DNA of 64,000 nucleotides from Alphaproteobacteria bacterium (GCA_965225945.1 CBDDBZ010000034.1:160001-224000); one strand, 5' to 3'. Shown: positions 17,332-28,809, counted from the stretch's first letter. Notes: generated by a model not told the origin, from the letters alone. Numbers and translations are program-made.

Positions 17332-19122
17332 TTAGCCGGCCTCGCTCGTCCACCATGTCGCCACGGGGCTCGCGCCATAGAGCGGCGGGCGCGGCGGCCG
17401 GCCGAAGCGGGGCCAATGGGCGATCCGGTCGACCGGCGAATAGTAGAGCGGCAGCACGTGCTCGCCCCACAAGAGCACGCGATCCAGCGCGCGGGTCGCG
17501 TCGAGGAGTTCGGCCCGGCTCCGGGCGCCGGTGATCCGGCCGATCAGCGCGTCGACCACGGGATCGCGGACGCCCGGATAGTTGCGGCTGCCGGGCTGGT
17601 CCGCCGCCTCGGCTCCCCAATAGAAGGCCTGCTCCGTCCCCGGCGAGAGGGACTGGCCCCAGCGATAGAGGATCGCGTCGTAGTCGAAGCGCGCGATTCT
17701 CTCCTGGTATTCGGCCGAGTCCGCCGTGCGAACCGCGACCGCGACGCCGAGCCGCTCGAGACGCGCCGCATAGGCCAGGGCCAAGCGCTCGTCGGAGCGC
17801 CGCGAGAGCAGGATCTCCAGAGCCAGGGGGTGTGCGTCCCGCGCGCCGACGCGCTTTAGATCGCGAACCACCCAGCCGGCCTCGCGGAGCGCCCGGTCGG
17901 CGCGCCTGAGCGCCACCCGCCCATCTTCGCCCTCGCGCCTGCCGGGCGGCCGATAGGCGCCCTCGAAGAGCGCCGGCGAAAGCGCCGCGACATGAGGCTC
18001 GAGCAGGGCCCGTTCGCCGGCGGACGGCGGCCCGCTGGCGGCCAGCTCCGAATTGGCGAAATAGCTGTCGGTCCGGCGATGCGCGCCAGCGAAATAGGTC
18101 CGGTTGATCCAGGGAAAATCGAAAGCCTCGCCCAACGCGCGCCGCAGCGCGGCATCGTCGAGGGGCGGGCGGCGGGCGTTGAAGGCCAGCGCCCACATGC
18201 CGGCGGGGCGGCCGTGGCGCAGCTCCAGCCGCCGCATGCCGCGCGCCTCGGCGCTCCTGTAGGCGATCGCCCAGGCCCGGGGATCGCCTTCCCAACGCAG
18301 GTCGGTGCGTCCGGCGAGGAAGGCTTGCCGTCGGCCATCCTCGTCGCGGAAGTATTCGTAAGCGACGGTGTCGAAGTTGTAGCGGCCGCGCCGGGCCGGC
18401 AGGCCCTCGCTCCAATGCCCGGGGATGCGGTGGTATTCGACCCCTCGCCTCGCCTCGACCTCGCCGATTTCGTAGGGCCCGAGGCCTTGCAACGGACGCA
18501 GCGAGACCCGATCGAAGTCGCGATCCTCGAGGTCGGTCCGGCTGAGGACCGGCATCAGCCCCATGATCAAGGCCAATTCCTGATTCTCCGCCGAGCGGAA
18601 GACCAGGCGGACCGTCCTGGGTCCCGGGCGTTGCACCTCCGCCACCTCGCCGTAATAGCGCCGGTGATTGGGCCGGCCGCGCCGCGCCAGCAGGCGGAGG
18701 GAGAATTCGACATCATCGAGGGTGACCTCGCGGCCGTCGTGAAAGCGGGCACCCCGGCGAAGGCGGAATGCCACCCAGCCGCGATCCTCGGCCACGACCA
18801 CGGAATCGGCCAACAGGGTGTAAAGGGTGAAGGGCTCGTCGGCGCTGCGCGCGAGCAGGCTCATCTGCGTCAGCCCCAGGCCCGCCACTGGGCGGCCCCG
18901 GACGATATAGGGGTTCAGGCTGTCGAAGCCGCCGAGGCGCGAGAGCACCAGCCGGCCACCCCTCGGCGCCGCCGGATCGACATGGGCGAAGTGGGCGTAG
19001 TCGGGGCCGAGGCGGGGCTCGCCGTGCATGGCGATCGCGTGCTCGTGGCCGAGCGCTGGCCAAGGGGTGGCGAGGCGGCCGGCGAGGAGGCCGGCGAGCA
19101 GCCACGCCGAGGCGAGTTTCAC
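17332..19122 (-). CDS. ABC transporter extracellular solute-binding protein (YejA/family 5)
   Basis: Signal peptide, HAIAMHGEP, FDSLNPYI, ARFHDG, AFDFPWINR, SPGTEQAFYWG, RALDRVLLW. Confidence 0.9.
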   Translation of the reverse strand: MKLASAWLLAGLLAGRLATPWPALGHEHAIAMHGEPRLGPDYAHFAHVDPAAPRGGRLVLSRLGGFDSLNPYIVRGRPVAGLGLTQMSLLARSADEPFTLYTLLADSVVVAEDRGWVAFRLRRGARFHDGREVTLDDVEFSLRLLARRGRPNHRRYYGEVAEVQRPGPRTVRLVFRSAENQELALIMGLMPVLSRTDLEDRDFDRVSLRPLQGLGPYEIGEVEARRGVEYHRIPGHWSEGLPARRGRYNFDTVAYEYFRDEDGRRQAFLAGRTDLRWEGDPRAWAIAYRSAEARGMRRLELRHGRPAGMWALAFNARRPPLDDAALRRALGEAFDFPWINRTYFAGAHRRTDSYFANSELAASGPPSAGERALLEPHVAALSPALFEGAYRPPGRREGEDGRVALRRADRALREAGWVVRDLKRVGARDAHPLALEILLSRRSDERLALAYAARLERLGVAVAVRTADSAEYQERIARFDYDAILYRWGQSLSPGTEQAFYWGAEAADQPGSRNYPGVRDPVVDALIGRITGARSRAELLDATRALDRVLLWGEHVLPLYYSPVDRIAHWPRFGRPPRPPLYGASPVATWWTSEAG

Positions 19123-20264
19123 GCCCGCCTCCAGACCTGTCGGGCGGCCACCGCGACGATCGGCACCACCAACGCCGCGGCGAGATAGAACGGCGCGCTC
19201 GGTCCCCATTCGACGAAGGCGAGGCCGGAGAGCGGCGGGCCCAGGATCCGCCCGAGACCGGCGCCGGAGCCGACGGCGCCGAGGCTGGCGCCCTGGGCCT
19301 CGGCCGGCGTCGCGCGGGAGATCCGGCCGGTCAGGATCGGCGAGCCGACCGAGAGCCCGATCGACACCAGCCCCGCCTGCCAGAGATAGCCGGCGACGCC
19401 CTCGACCAGATCGATTCCGGCGAGCCCGAGAACGAGCGCCAGCGCGCCCACCAACAGCACCGGCCAGTCGCCCCAGCGCCGCGTCGCCGGGCCGATCAGG
19501 CCGCCCTGGATGATCGCCGCCAGCAGGCCGATATAGGCGATCGCCCAGCCGACCTCGCGCGGACCCCAGCCGAAGCCCGCCTGCAGCACCAGGGGATAGA
19601 TCGAGAGGGTCTGGCTGAACACCAGCGTCATCAGCGCCAGCAGCCCGATCAGCCCGAGGATCCTCGGCCGGGCCAGGAGCCGCAGCACCTCGGCCACCGG
19701 GGGAAGCGCGCCTGCCGCCTCGTGCCGGCGCGGCTCGGCGAGGAAGATCAGCGCCCCGAGCCAAGCCAGCAGCGAGAGCCCGGCGGCGGCGAGGCAGGGG
19801 AGGAGAAAATCAGCCCGAGTCTCGGCCGCGCCCGCCACCAGGCCGCCGACCGCCGGGCCCAGCACGAAGGCGACGCCGAAGGCGGCACCGATCTTGGCGA
19901 GCCCGCCCGAGCGCGCCTCCACCGGTGTCACGTCGGCGATATAGGCCTGGGCCACGGCGACGTTGCCGGCCATGGCGCCGGTGAAGGCGCGGGCCAGGAA
20001 GAGGCCCAGCAGCGAGTTCGCCAGCCCGAACCAGAGATGCCCGGCGGCGACCCCCAGGACCACGAGGAGGAAGGCCCGGCGGCGCCCGATCCGGTCGCTC
20101 ACCCGGCCCCACAGCGGAGCCGCGAATAGTTGCGCCGCGCTATGGGTGGCGATCAGCAGGGTGATGCCCCGGGCGTCGGCCCCCAGCGATTGCGCCAGGA
20201 ACGGCAAAATCGGGTAGAGCATCGCCAAGCCGACGAGGTCGACCAGCAGGACGCCCAGCAGCAC
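19119..20264 (-). CDS. MFS transporter (TetA/DHA1-like)
   Basis: GRVSDRIGRR, AQAYIADVT, GPAVGG; start uncertain. Confidence 0.9.
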   Translation of the reverse strand: MLLGVLLVDLVGLAMLYPILPFLAQSLGADARGITLLIATHSAAQLFAAPLWGRVSDRIGRRRAFLLVVLGVAAGHLWFGLANSLLGLFLARAFTGAMAGNVAVAQAYIADVTPVEARSGGLAKIGAAFGVAFVLGPAVGGLVAGAAETRADFLLPCLAAAGLSLLAWLGALIFLAEPRRHEAAGALPPVAEVLRLLARPRILGLIGLLALMTLVFSQTLSIYPLVLQAGFGWGPREVGWAIAYIGLLAAIIQGGLIGPATRRWGDWPVLLVGALALVLGLAGIDLVEGVAGYLWQAGLVSIGLSVGSPILTGRISRATPAEAQGASLGAVGSGAGLGRILGPPLSGLAFVEWGPSAPFYLAAALVVPIVAVAARQVWRRA

Positions 20265-20313
20265 CCAGGGCGTGTGTCCGGCGCGCCGATCGGCGCCCTC
20301 GACGCCCGGGGCT

Positions 20314-21096
20314 TCAGTCGCGATAGGAGGGATCGATCTTGTCGAGCTTGCGCATCAGCGCCTGGAACTCGAGCCGGCCCATCACCGGCCCGCCGACCGT
20401 ATTGCTGTCGTTCATCGCCTCCCGGCTGGCGATGGCGGCGTTCTCCGACAGCTCGTTCAAGGTCCCGGCGGCGGCGGCGTCGAGCTGGATCTGGCAGGCG
20501 CGCTCCAGCCGATAGAGCCGGAGGAAGGCCTCGGGGATCGTGGTCCCGGTGACCAGCAGGCCGTGGTTGCGCAGGATCAGCACGTTGTTGTCGCCGAGGT
20601 TGGCGCGGATGCGCTCGCGCTCGTCGGTGTCCAGGCTCGGACCCTCGTAGTCGTGGAAGCCGATGGCGTCGTAGAACGCGGTGGCGAACATGCTCACCGG
20701 CCTGAGCCCCTCCTCGATGGCGCAGATCGCCATGCCGGTCCGGGTGTGGGTGTGCAGCACGCATTTGTGCTTCTGGGCGTTTGCCATGTGGACGGCGGAG
20801 TGAATGACGAAGCCGGCCCGATTCACCGGATAGCCGCTATCGTCGACGATTGTGCCGTCGAGGTCGATCTTCACCAGGTTGGAGGCCGTGACCTCGTCGT
20901 AGTTGAGGCCGAAGGGATTGATCAGGAAGTGGATCTCCGGCCCCGGCACGCGCACGGTCAGGTGGCCGTAGATCAGCTCCGTCCAGCCGAAATAGTCGAC
21001 CAGTCGATAGGCCGCCGCCAGTTGCACTCGAAGCGCGCGCTCCGCCTCCGCCGGCGCAAGGGTGTCGATGTCGGCGTCGACGATGTGCACGTCCAT
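20314..21096 (-). CDS. Class II aldolase/adducin family protein
   Basis: LAAAYRL, FLINPFG, GFVIHSAVH, HTHT, LRNHG. Confidence 0.92.
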   Translation of the reverse strand: MDVHIVDADIDTLAPAEAERALRVQLAAAYRLVDYFGWTELIYGHLTVRVPGPEIHFLINPFGLNYDEVTASNLVKIDLDGTIVDDSGYPVNRAGFVIHSAVHMANAQKHKCVLHTHTRTGMAICAIEEGLRPVSMFATAFYDAIGFHDYEGPSLDTDERERIRANLGDNNVLILRNHGLLVTGTTIPEAFLRLYRLERACQIQLDAAAAGTLNELSENAAIASREAMNDSNTVGGPVMGRLEFQALMRKLDKIDPSYRD

Positions 21097-21399
21097 GAAG
21101 CGTTCCTCCCTGCGCCAAGTCGTTGGCGCGCGATGATAGCAGAAACGACGCCGGGCGCGAGGGCGCCCCGCGGCGTGCTGCCGCTGCGCACCGTGGCCGG
21201 CGCGCCGGGGCCCGATCTCCGGCTCGATTCCGCGATTCCGCCCCCCGGCTACCTCGCCCGCTTCCGCCTCGGGTGAGGCTCGGGAACCTGCCTCTTTTCC
21301 GCCACGAAAGGATACCGGTTTCGCCTCGGCGCGGTCGCGCTCTCGCCTCACCCGCTTGCTGTCATGGCTCCCGACGACCGCAGACGAAGGGAGCCACCG

Positions 21400-23755
21400 A
21401 TGCCCACCACCCCCGCCCGTGCCGCGCGCGCGCCCGCACATCCCCGTCGCGCCAGCCGCCTCGCCCGCGCGGCGATACTGCTCGACCTCGCCCAAGCGGT
21501 AGGGATCATGACCATCGCCGGCATTACCGTCGCCGTGGTGGCCAGCCTATTCGCCGGCCTCGCCTTCGGGGCCGAGCGGGCGACGCCCGCCCCGCTGCGG
21601 CTGGAGCAGGTGCGGGGTGCCGGCCTGATGTTCCGGGGCGAGGCGCCGGACCGCTTCCTGGCGGCGCCGGAGGTGGCCACCGACGTCGCGATCCGCGTCA
21701 CCGGGGTGATCGCGCGGGTCCGGGTCCGCCAGCTTTTTTACAATCCGACGGACGGTTGGCTGGAAGGCATCTACCTCTTCCCGCTACCGGAGCGCGCGGC
21801 CGTCGATCGCCTGCGCATGGTGATCGGCCGGCGTCTGGTCGAGGGCCGGATCGAGGAGCGGCGCGCGGCGGAGCGGATTTACGCCGAGGCCAAGGCGGCC
21901 GGCCGCAAGGCGGCGCTGCTGAGTTCCGAGCGGCCCAACATCTTCACCACCGCCGTCGCCAACATCGGTCCCGGCGAATCGGTGCTGATCGACATCGAAT
22001 ATCAGCAACGCGTGGCGTTCCGCTCGGGCGAGTTTCGCCTGCGCTTCCCCATGGTGGTGGGGCCTCGCTACGTGGCGCCCCCAGGGGCGGTGGCTCGCGC
22101 GGTGGCGCGCGCGCTCAGCCTCGATGATGACGGCGGCGAGGAGGATTGGACGGGGGAGGCGTTTCCCGACGCCCAGGCGATCACGGCACCGGTGTTGGCG
22201 CCGGAACATGGCCCGGCCAATCCGCTGACGCTCACCGTGCGCCTCGATCCCGGCCTGCCGCTGGCCGAGTTGCGGAGCCATCATCACCCGATCACCCGGC
22301 GCGAGGGCCCCAATCACGCCGTCCGCCTGGAACTGGCAGAAGGCCCGGTGCCGGCCGACCGCGACTTCGAGCTCACCTGGCGCCTGGCGGTCCAGGAGGC
22401 CCGGGCGGCGATGTTCCTGGAGCGCGGCGCGAGCAGCAACTACCTGATGGTGATGCTGGCCCCCCCCGCGCGCCGCCGAGCTCTCGGAGCGGAGCCGCCC
22501 GCGCGAGGTCATCCACGTCGTCGACACCTCGGGCTCGATGGCGGGCGCCTCGATCCGCCAGGCCAAGGCGGCGCTGCTGCGCGCGCTCGACGAGCTGGGT
22601 CCGGGCGACCGCTTCAACATCATCCGCTTCGCGAGCGACACCTCGGCGCTCTACCCGGCGCCCCGGAACGTGACGCGCCGGCGCCTTGACGAAGCCCGCG
22701 CCTATGTCGAGGGGCTGGAGGCCGGCGGCGGCACCAATATGGCGCCGGCGCTGCGCAGGGCGCTCGATGCCGCCGGCTCCTCGGGCGATTCCGGGGGCGA
22801 CGCGCTGCGACAGGTGGTCTTCGTCACCGACGGCGCGGTCGGCGACGAAGCCGGGCTGTTTTGCCTGATCCGGAACCGGCTCGGCGCTTCACGGCTGTTC
22901 ACCGTCGCCATCGGCTCGGCGCCCAACAGCCATTTCATGGCGGAGGCGGCGCGGGCCGGGCGCGGCAGCTTCACCCACATCGGCGACGCGGCCCAGATCG
23001 AGGGCCGGATGGCCGAGCTGCTGGCCAAGCTCTCGATGCCGGTGCTGACCGACCTCGAGGCCCGCTTCGACGGGCCGGAGCCGGCCGAGGTCTGGCCGGC
23101 GCCGATCCCCGATCTCTACGTCGTAGAACCGGTCGTCTTCCTCGCCCGGATCGATCCCGCCTCGGCCTCGGTCCGCGTCCTCGGCCGGCTCGACAGCGAG
23201 ATCTGGGAGGCGACGGAAAGCCTGCACCGGGCGATTCCGGGGAGCGGCATCGCCAAGCTCTGGGCGCGGGAGAAGATCGCCGGGCTGGAGAGCCGGCGGC
23301 TCGACGGCGAGGACGCCGAGCGCCTGCGCCAGGAGATCGTCGCCCTCGCCCTGGAGCACGAACTGGTCACCCGCCACACCGCGCTCGTCGCCGTCGAGAC
23401 CACGCCGAGCCGCCCGTCGGACGCGCCGTTGGCCAGCGCCGAAGTCCCGCTGAACCTGCCGGCCGGCTGGGTTTACGACAAGGTCTTCGGTAGCGGCGCC
23501 GGCGCTCCCGCGGCGCTCCGCCAGCAGGCGATGCTCCCCAGCGTCGCTCCGGGCCGGCGACAAGCGCTGGCGCGGCTCGCCACGACGCGGCCGCCGCCCA
23601 TGGCCCCGCCACTGGTCAGCCCGGCGGCGCCCCTGCGCGCGGTGGCGCTGCCCCGGACCGCCACGGCGGTGGAATGGCACCGGGTGCTGGGCGCGCTGCT
23701 GGTGCTGTCGGCGCTGTTGCTGGCGGCGGGGTGGGGGCGATGGGCGCGCGATTGA
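21400..23755 (+). CDS. VIT + vWA domain sortase target protein with LPRTA sorting signal; apparent +1 frameshift in C8 run at 22460-22467
   Basis: VIT (EGIYLFPLPERAAVD), vWA MIDAS DTSGSM, VFVTDGAV, IGSAPN, C-terminal LPRTAT + hydrophobic helix + basic tail; deleting one C fuses the two ORFs. Confidence 0.88.
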
Positions 23756-24406
23756 AGCGGGCGCTGGCGGCGGCGACGCTGGCCCTGCTGGCGCTCGGGG
23801 GCGCCTGGCAGCTGGCGCTCGACGCCTGGATCGGTGAAGGCGGCGCTGGCGCAGGTTCTGCTGGAGCAGGCCTGGCGGCGCACGCTGGCCGGCGAGGTCC
23901 GGGCCCGCCCCTGGCCCTGGGCCGACACGTGGCCGGTCGCGGCCCTCGAGGTCGGGGGCGAGCGGTCGATCGTTCTCGCCGACGCGGGCGGGCAGAGCCT
24001 GGCTTTCGGGCCCTCCCACGTCGCCGGCACGCCGCCGCCGGGTGCGCCCGGCTTCAGCGTCCTCGCCGGCCATCGCGACACCCACTTCCGGGTGCTCCGG
24101 GATCTGGCGGCGGGCACCGAGATCACGCTCACCACCGCCGACGGCCGGCGCCATCGCTTCCAGGTCCGCGAGAGCCAGGTCTTGCCGCGCCCGGAACTGT
24201 CGTTGCCGGAGGCCATACCCGACGGCGCCTGGCTGATACTTTCCACCTGCTGGCCGTTCGACGCGCTCAGGCCGGGCGGCGAGGAGCGCTTCGTGGTCTT
24301 GGCCGGCCCGCCAGGTTCGCGGGCCTTGAAATCGCCTTCCGCCGGTCACGGTTCGGCCACAGTCCCAGCCACAATCACGCCTTCGAGCAGGGGAGGAAAC
24401 TCATGA
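23740..24406 (+). CDS. Proteobacterial (class GN) sortase; apparent frameshift near 23833
   Basis: N-terminal TM helix ending AWI in one frame; [28 protein letters not shown] and LSTCWPF in the next. Confidence 0.88.
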
Positions 24407-24696
24407 TCGATCCGACGCGCCGCGACCCGCACATCCTCGCCAGCCGCGCCCGGGGCCGGGCCCTGGTGGCGAGCGACCGGCGGCTCTTCCTGCTGGTGAT
24501 GGGGTTGGCGTTGATCGCCTGGACGGCACTGACGCTGGCGATCGGACCGGGCTCGCATCGGCTCGCCCGAGCGGGCGACCCACAGGCCCGGGACCGTGCC
24601 TTCGTCGCCTGCGAGAACGCCGTCCAGCGCCGCGCCGGCGAACTGCTGCGCTGCCACGTTGTCCCGCCCAAGGCCGAACGCCGCTACCGCATCTGA
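24403..24696 (+). CDS. Small single-pass membrane protein
   Basis: GGAGG RBS, ATGA overlap with sortase ORF, one hydrophobic helix, two Cys. Confidence 0.6.
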   Translation: MIDPTRRDPHILASRARGRALVASDRRLFLLVMGLALIAWTALTLAIGPGSHRLARAGDPQARDRAFVACENAVQRRAGELLRCHVVPPKAERRYRI

Positions 24697-24797
24697 TGCC
24701 ACGCGACATAAGTCCCGGCCGCCCCGCGACACCGAGTTCCGCCGATCCTCCGCGCGCCATGGCGCGGGCGGGGTGGCCGTCCTATATTTCGAACACC

Positions 24798-27125
24798 ATG
24801 GCACACACCTCCCTCGCCGAGAATCAGCGCCGCTTCGATCACGCCCTCGCCGAGGCGGAACAGACCCGCTGGATACCGCTCCGCCCCGAGCGAGCGGAGA
24901 AGGACGAGGGCGGCCGGCCCTTCCGCCTGGTCTCGGATTTCACCCCCCAGGGCGATCAGCCGCAGGCGATCGAGGAACTTCTTGCCGGTCTCGCCCGCGA
25001 GGAGCGCGACCAGGTCCTGCTCGGGGTCACCGGCTCCGGCAAGACCTTCACCATGGCGCACGTGATCGAGCGGATCCGCCGGCCGACCCTGATCCTCGCC
25101 CCCAACAAGACGCTGGCGGCCCAGCTCTACGGCGAGATGAAGAGCTTCTTTCCGGAGAACGCGGTCGAATATTTCGTCTCCTACTACGATTACTACCAGC
25201 CTGAGGCCTACGTCCCGCGCACCGACACCTATGTCGAGAAGGAGGCCTCCATCAACGAGCAGATCGACCGCATGCGCCACTCGGCGACGCGGGCGCTGTT
25301 GGAGCGGGACGACGTGGTCATCGTCGCCTCGGTCTCGTGCATCTACGGCATCGGCTCGGTCGAGACCTACAGCCAGATGACCTTCGACGTCGCGCGCGGC
25401 CGGCGATGCGAGCGGCAGGACCTGCTGCGCCGCTTCGTCGAGCTGCAGTACCGCCGCAACGACGCCGGCTTCGCCCGGGGCGCCTTCCGGGTCCGCGGCG
25501 ACGTGGTCGAGATCTGGCCGGCGCATCTGGAGGACAGGGCCTGGCGGATCGAGCTGTTCGGCGACGAGGTTGAGAGCATCCTGGAGTTTGATCCGCTGAC
25601 CGGCCATCGCACCGACGAATTGGAGCGGGTCCGGGTCTTTCCCAACAGCCATTACGTCACCCCGAAGCCGACGCTGCGCCAGGCCGCCAAGCGGATCAAG
25701 GTGGAGTTGGGGGAACAGCTCGCGCGCTTCCGCGACGGCGGCCTCCTGTTGGAGGCGGAGCGCTTGGAACAGCGCACCATGCTGGACCTGGAGATGATGG
25801 AGGCGACCGGCTCCTGCCCTGGAATCGAGAACTATTCGCGCTACCTCACCGGCCGCAATCCGGGCGACCCGCCGCCGACGCTGTTCGAATACCTGCCGGA
25901 GAACGCGCTGCTGATGGTCGACGAGAGCCACGTCACCGTGCCGCAGATCGGCGGCATGTTCCGGGGCGATTTCCGCCGCAAGTGGACGCTCTCGGAGTTC
26001 GGCTTCCGACTGCCCTCCTGCATCGACAACCGGCCGCTCAAGTTCGCCGAGTGGGAGACCATGCGGCCCGAAACCGTCTTCGTCTCGGCCACCCCCGGCG
26101 GCTGGGAGCTGGAGCGCACCGGCGGCGTCTTCATCGAGCAGTTGATCCGCCCGACCGGCCTGATCGATCCGGTCTGCATCGTCCGCCCGGTCGAACTTCA
26201 GGTCGACGACCTGATCGCCGAATGCCACGAGACCACGCGACGCGGCCACCGGGTGCTGGTCACCACGCTCACCAAGCGGATGGCGGAGGACCTGACCGAA
26301 TACCTGCACGAGGCGGGGCTCAAGGTGCGCTACCTGCACTCCGACATCGAGACCTTGGAGCGGGTCGAGATCATGCGCGACCTCAGGCTGGGGGTGTTCG
26401 ACATCCTGGTCGGCATCAACCTCTTGCGGGAGGGGCTGGACATCCCCGAATGCGCGCTGGTCGCCATCCTGGACGCCGACAAGGAGGGCTTTCTACGCTC
26501 CGAGACCTCGCTGATCCAGACCATCGGCCGGGCCGCCCGCAACATCGAGGGGCGGGTCATCCTCTACGCCGACACCATGACCAACAGCCTGACCCGGGCG
26601 CTGGCCGAGACCGAGCGGCGGCGGGTCAAGCAGCAACGCTACAACGAGGCCAACGGGATCACGCCGGAATCGGTGCGCAAGACTATCTCCGACGTCCTGA
26701 GCAGCGTCTACGAGCAGGACCATGTCACCGTGGACACCGGCGACGGCGAGGCGACGCAGCTCGTCGGCCACAACCTGCGCGCCTATATCCGCGACCTGGA
26801 GAAGCGCATGCGGGAGGCGGCGGCGGAGCTGGAGTTCGAGGAGGCGGCGCGGCTGCGCGACGAGATCAAGCGGCTGGAGCAAATGGAGCTGGCCCAGCTC
26901 GAGGGCGACATCGACTTCGGCCGCGAACTCAGGCCGGGCGAGGCGCGCAAGGGCCGGAGAGGGCGCGGCCGCGGCCGGAGCCGGCGGCGCGAGCCGGCGA
27001 GCGACGGCCCCCGCGAGGCCACACCCCAGGTGCTGACGCCGGAAATGCTGGATGCCGCCCGCGTGCCCCGGGGCCGCTCCTCGGCCGGCAAGCCCGGCAC
27101 CCGGGCGCTCCGAGGCAAGCGCTGA
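24798..27125 (+). CDS. uvrB: Excinuclease ABC subunit B
   Basis: [38 protein letters not shown]-terminal UVR domain. Confidence 0.98.
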   Translation: MAHTSLAENQRRFDHALAEAEQTRWIPLRPERAEKDEGGRPFRLVSDFTPQGDQPQAIEELLAGLAREERDQVLLGVTGSGKTFTMAHVIERIRRPTLILAPNKTLAAQLYGEMKSFFPENAVEYFVSYYDYYQPEAYVPRTDTYVEKEASINEQIDRMRHSATRALLERDDVVIVASVSCIYGIGSVETYSQMTFDVARGRRCERQDLLRRFVELQYRRNDAGFARGAFRVRGDVVEIWPAHLEDRAWRIELFGDEVESILEFDPLTGHRTDELERVRVFPNSHYVTPKPTLRQAAKRIKVELGEQLARFRDGGLLLEAERLEQRTMLDLEMMEATGSCPGIENYSRYLTGRNPGDPPPTLFEYLPENALLMVDESHVTVPQIGGMFRGDFRRKWTLSEFGFRLPSCIDNRPLKFAEWETMRPETVFVSATPGGWELERTGGVFIEQLIRPTGLIDPVCIVRPVELQVDDLIAECHETTRRGHRVLVTTLTKRMAEDLTEYLHEAGLKVRYLHSDIETLERVEIMRDLRLGVFDILVGINLLREGLDIPECALVAILDADKEGFLRSETSLIQTIGRAARNIEGRVILYADTMTNSLTRALAETERRRVKQQRYNEANGITPESVRKTISDVLSSVYEQDHVTVDTGDGEATQLVGHNLRAYIRDLEKRMREAAAELEFEEAARLRDEIKRLEQMELAQLEGDIDFGRELRPGEARKGRRGRGRGRSRRREPASDGPREATPQVLTPEMLDAARVPRGRSSAGKPGTRALRGKR

Positions 27126-27154
27126 CGGTTCGCAAGGTTTCCAGGGAGGACGCG

Positions 27155-27574
27155 ATGAGTGAACATCCGATCGGACTTAGGGGCCTCGATCACGTGGTCC
27201 TCAGGGTCCGCGACATCGACGCCATGATCCGCTTCTATTGCGAGGTCGTGGGCTGTACGGAGGAACGGCTGCGCCCCGATATCGGGCTCTATCACCTCCG
27301 CGCCGGCGCCGCGATGATCGATCTGGTGCCGGTCGACGGCGAGCTCGGCCGCAAGGGCGGCGCCGCCCCCGGCCGCGAAGGCCGCAACATGGACCACCTC
27401 TGCCTCCAAGTGATCCCGTTCGATGCCGAGGCGATCCGCGCCCACCTGGCCGCCCATGGCGTCGACAGCGACGCAGCGGTCACCCGCTTCGGCGCACTGG
27501 GAGACGGCCCCTCGATCTATCTCCGGGACCCGGAGGGCAACACGGTGGAGCTCAAGGGCCCGCCCGAGGCCTGA
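27155..27574 (+). CDS. VOC/glyoxalase family protein
   Basis: LDHVVLRVRD, MDHLCL, YLRDPEGNTVELK; GGAGG RBS. Confidence 0.9.
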   Translation: MSEHPIGLRGLDHVVLRVRDIDAMIRFYCEVVGCTEERLRPDIGLYHLRAGAAMIDLVPVDGELGRKGGAAPGREGRNMDHLCLQVIPFDAEAIRAHLAAHGVDSDAAVTRFGALGDGPSIYLRDPEGNTVELKGPPEA

Positions 27575-27822
27575 GGCTCCGAGCGAAAGCTCGCCATCGG
27601 CGACTTTTGCCGGTTTCGGAGACTTTCGAGTCGGACTCCGAGCCCGCGCATGGACGCCCCCCGCGAAAGCCTGTAACACCGGCTCGCCGACGGCCGGAAA
27701 CCCTTCGCGTCCGCCCGGCGAGTTGTTGCGAGCATGAACCATCCCAATATAGGGGTGACGTCGGCGGCGCGCGGCGGCGCGAGCGGGGCTTCGAATGCCG
27801 CAACACCCGGGATGAGCGGCCG

Positions 27823-28803
27823 ATGACGTATCTCATGGTGGCCGGCGGACTGGTCCTGTTGCTGCTCGGCGGCGACGTCCTGGTGCGGGGCGCGGTTTCC
27901 CTGGCGCGGTGCTGGAACGTCTCGCCCCTGGTGATCGGCGTCACCATCGTGGCCCTCGGCACTTCGGCCCCGGAACTGGTGGTCTGCGTCGACGCGGCGT
28001 TGAGCGGCGCGCCGGAGCTGGCGATCGGCAACGTGGTCGGCTCCAACATCGCCAACGTGCTGCTGGTGCTGGGGCTACCGGCCGCGATCTATCCCTTCGT
28101 CACCGACGGCGGACCGGTACGCCGCGATACCCTGCTCATGGTGCTGGCGAGCGTTCTCTTCATCGTCTTCGCCTGGCAGGGCGAGATCGGCACCGTTCAG
28201 GGCGTGATCATGGTCGCCGGGCTCGCTTGTTTTCTCGGCTACTCCTACCACATGGCGCGGCGCGGCGGGTCCGCCGGCGAGGCGGGCATGGCCGACGAAC
28301 TCGACGAGCTGAGCGGCCGCCCCGGGCATCTCTGGCGCGCCATCGGCTTCGTCGGCGGCGGCCTCGTCGGGCTGGTGTTGGGTGCCCGCTGGCTGGTCGA
28401 CGGCGCAATGGAAATCGCGCTCGCGGCGGGCATCTCGCAGGCGGTGATCGGCTTGACCCTGCTGGCCATCGGCACCTCGCTGCCGGAGTTGGCGACCTCC
28501 ATCGTCGCCGCGCTGCGCCACCACGCGGACGTCGCCATCGGCAACGTCGTCGGCTCGAACCTGTTCAACATCCTGGGGATCATGGGGGTGACCGCGATCG
28601 TCCACCCGGTGCCGGTGCCGGCCGCCTTTCTCGGCTTCGATCTCTGGCTGATGCTCGGCGCCGCCGTGTTCTTGCTGCTGCTCGTGTGCTCCGGGCGGTC
28701 GCTCAACAGGCTCGCCGGCGCGGTGCTGTCGCTCGCCTATGTGGGCTACATCGCGGCGCTCTTCACCGGCCTCTCCGCGGTGGCGTCCGGGACCGGCCTT
28801 TGA
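27823..28803 (+). CDS. Calcium/sodium antiporter (YrbG-like, CaCA family)
   Basis: Two alpha repeats GTSAPEL..GNVVGSNIAN and GTSLPEL..GNVVGSNLFN. Confidence 0.93.
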   Translation: MTYLMVAGGLVLLLLGGDVLVRGAVSLARCWNVSPLVIGVTIVALGTSAPELVVCVDAALSGAPELAIGNVVGSNIANVLLVLGLPAAIYPFVTDGGPVRRDTLLMVLASVLFIVFAWQGEIGTVQGVIMVAGLACFLGYSYHMARRGGSAGEAGMADELDELSGRPGHLWRAIGFVGGGLVGLVLGARWLVDGAMEIALAAGISQAVIGLTLLAIGTSLPELATSIVAALRHHADVAIGNVVGSNLFNILGIMGVTAIVHPVPVPAAFLGFDLWLMLGAAVFLLLLVCSGRSLNRLAGAVLSLAYVGYIAALFTGLSAVASGTGL

Positions 28804-28809
28804 TTGTCC

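Noticed and set aside
24700-24797. LexA box upstream of uvrB
   Set aside because: No GAAC-N7-GAAC or GTTC-N7-GTTC match found by eye
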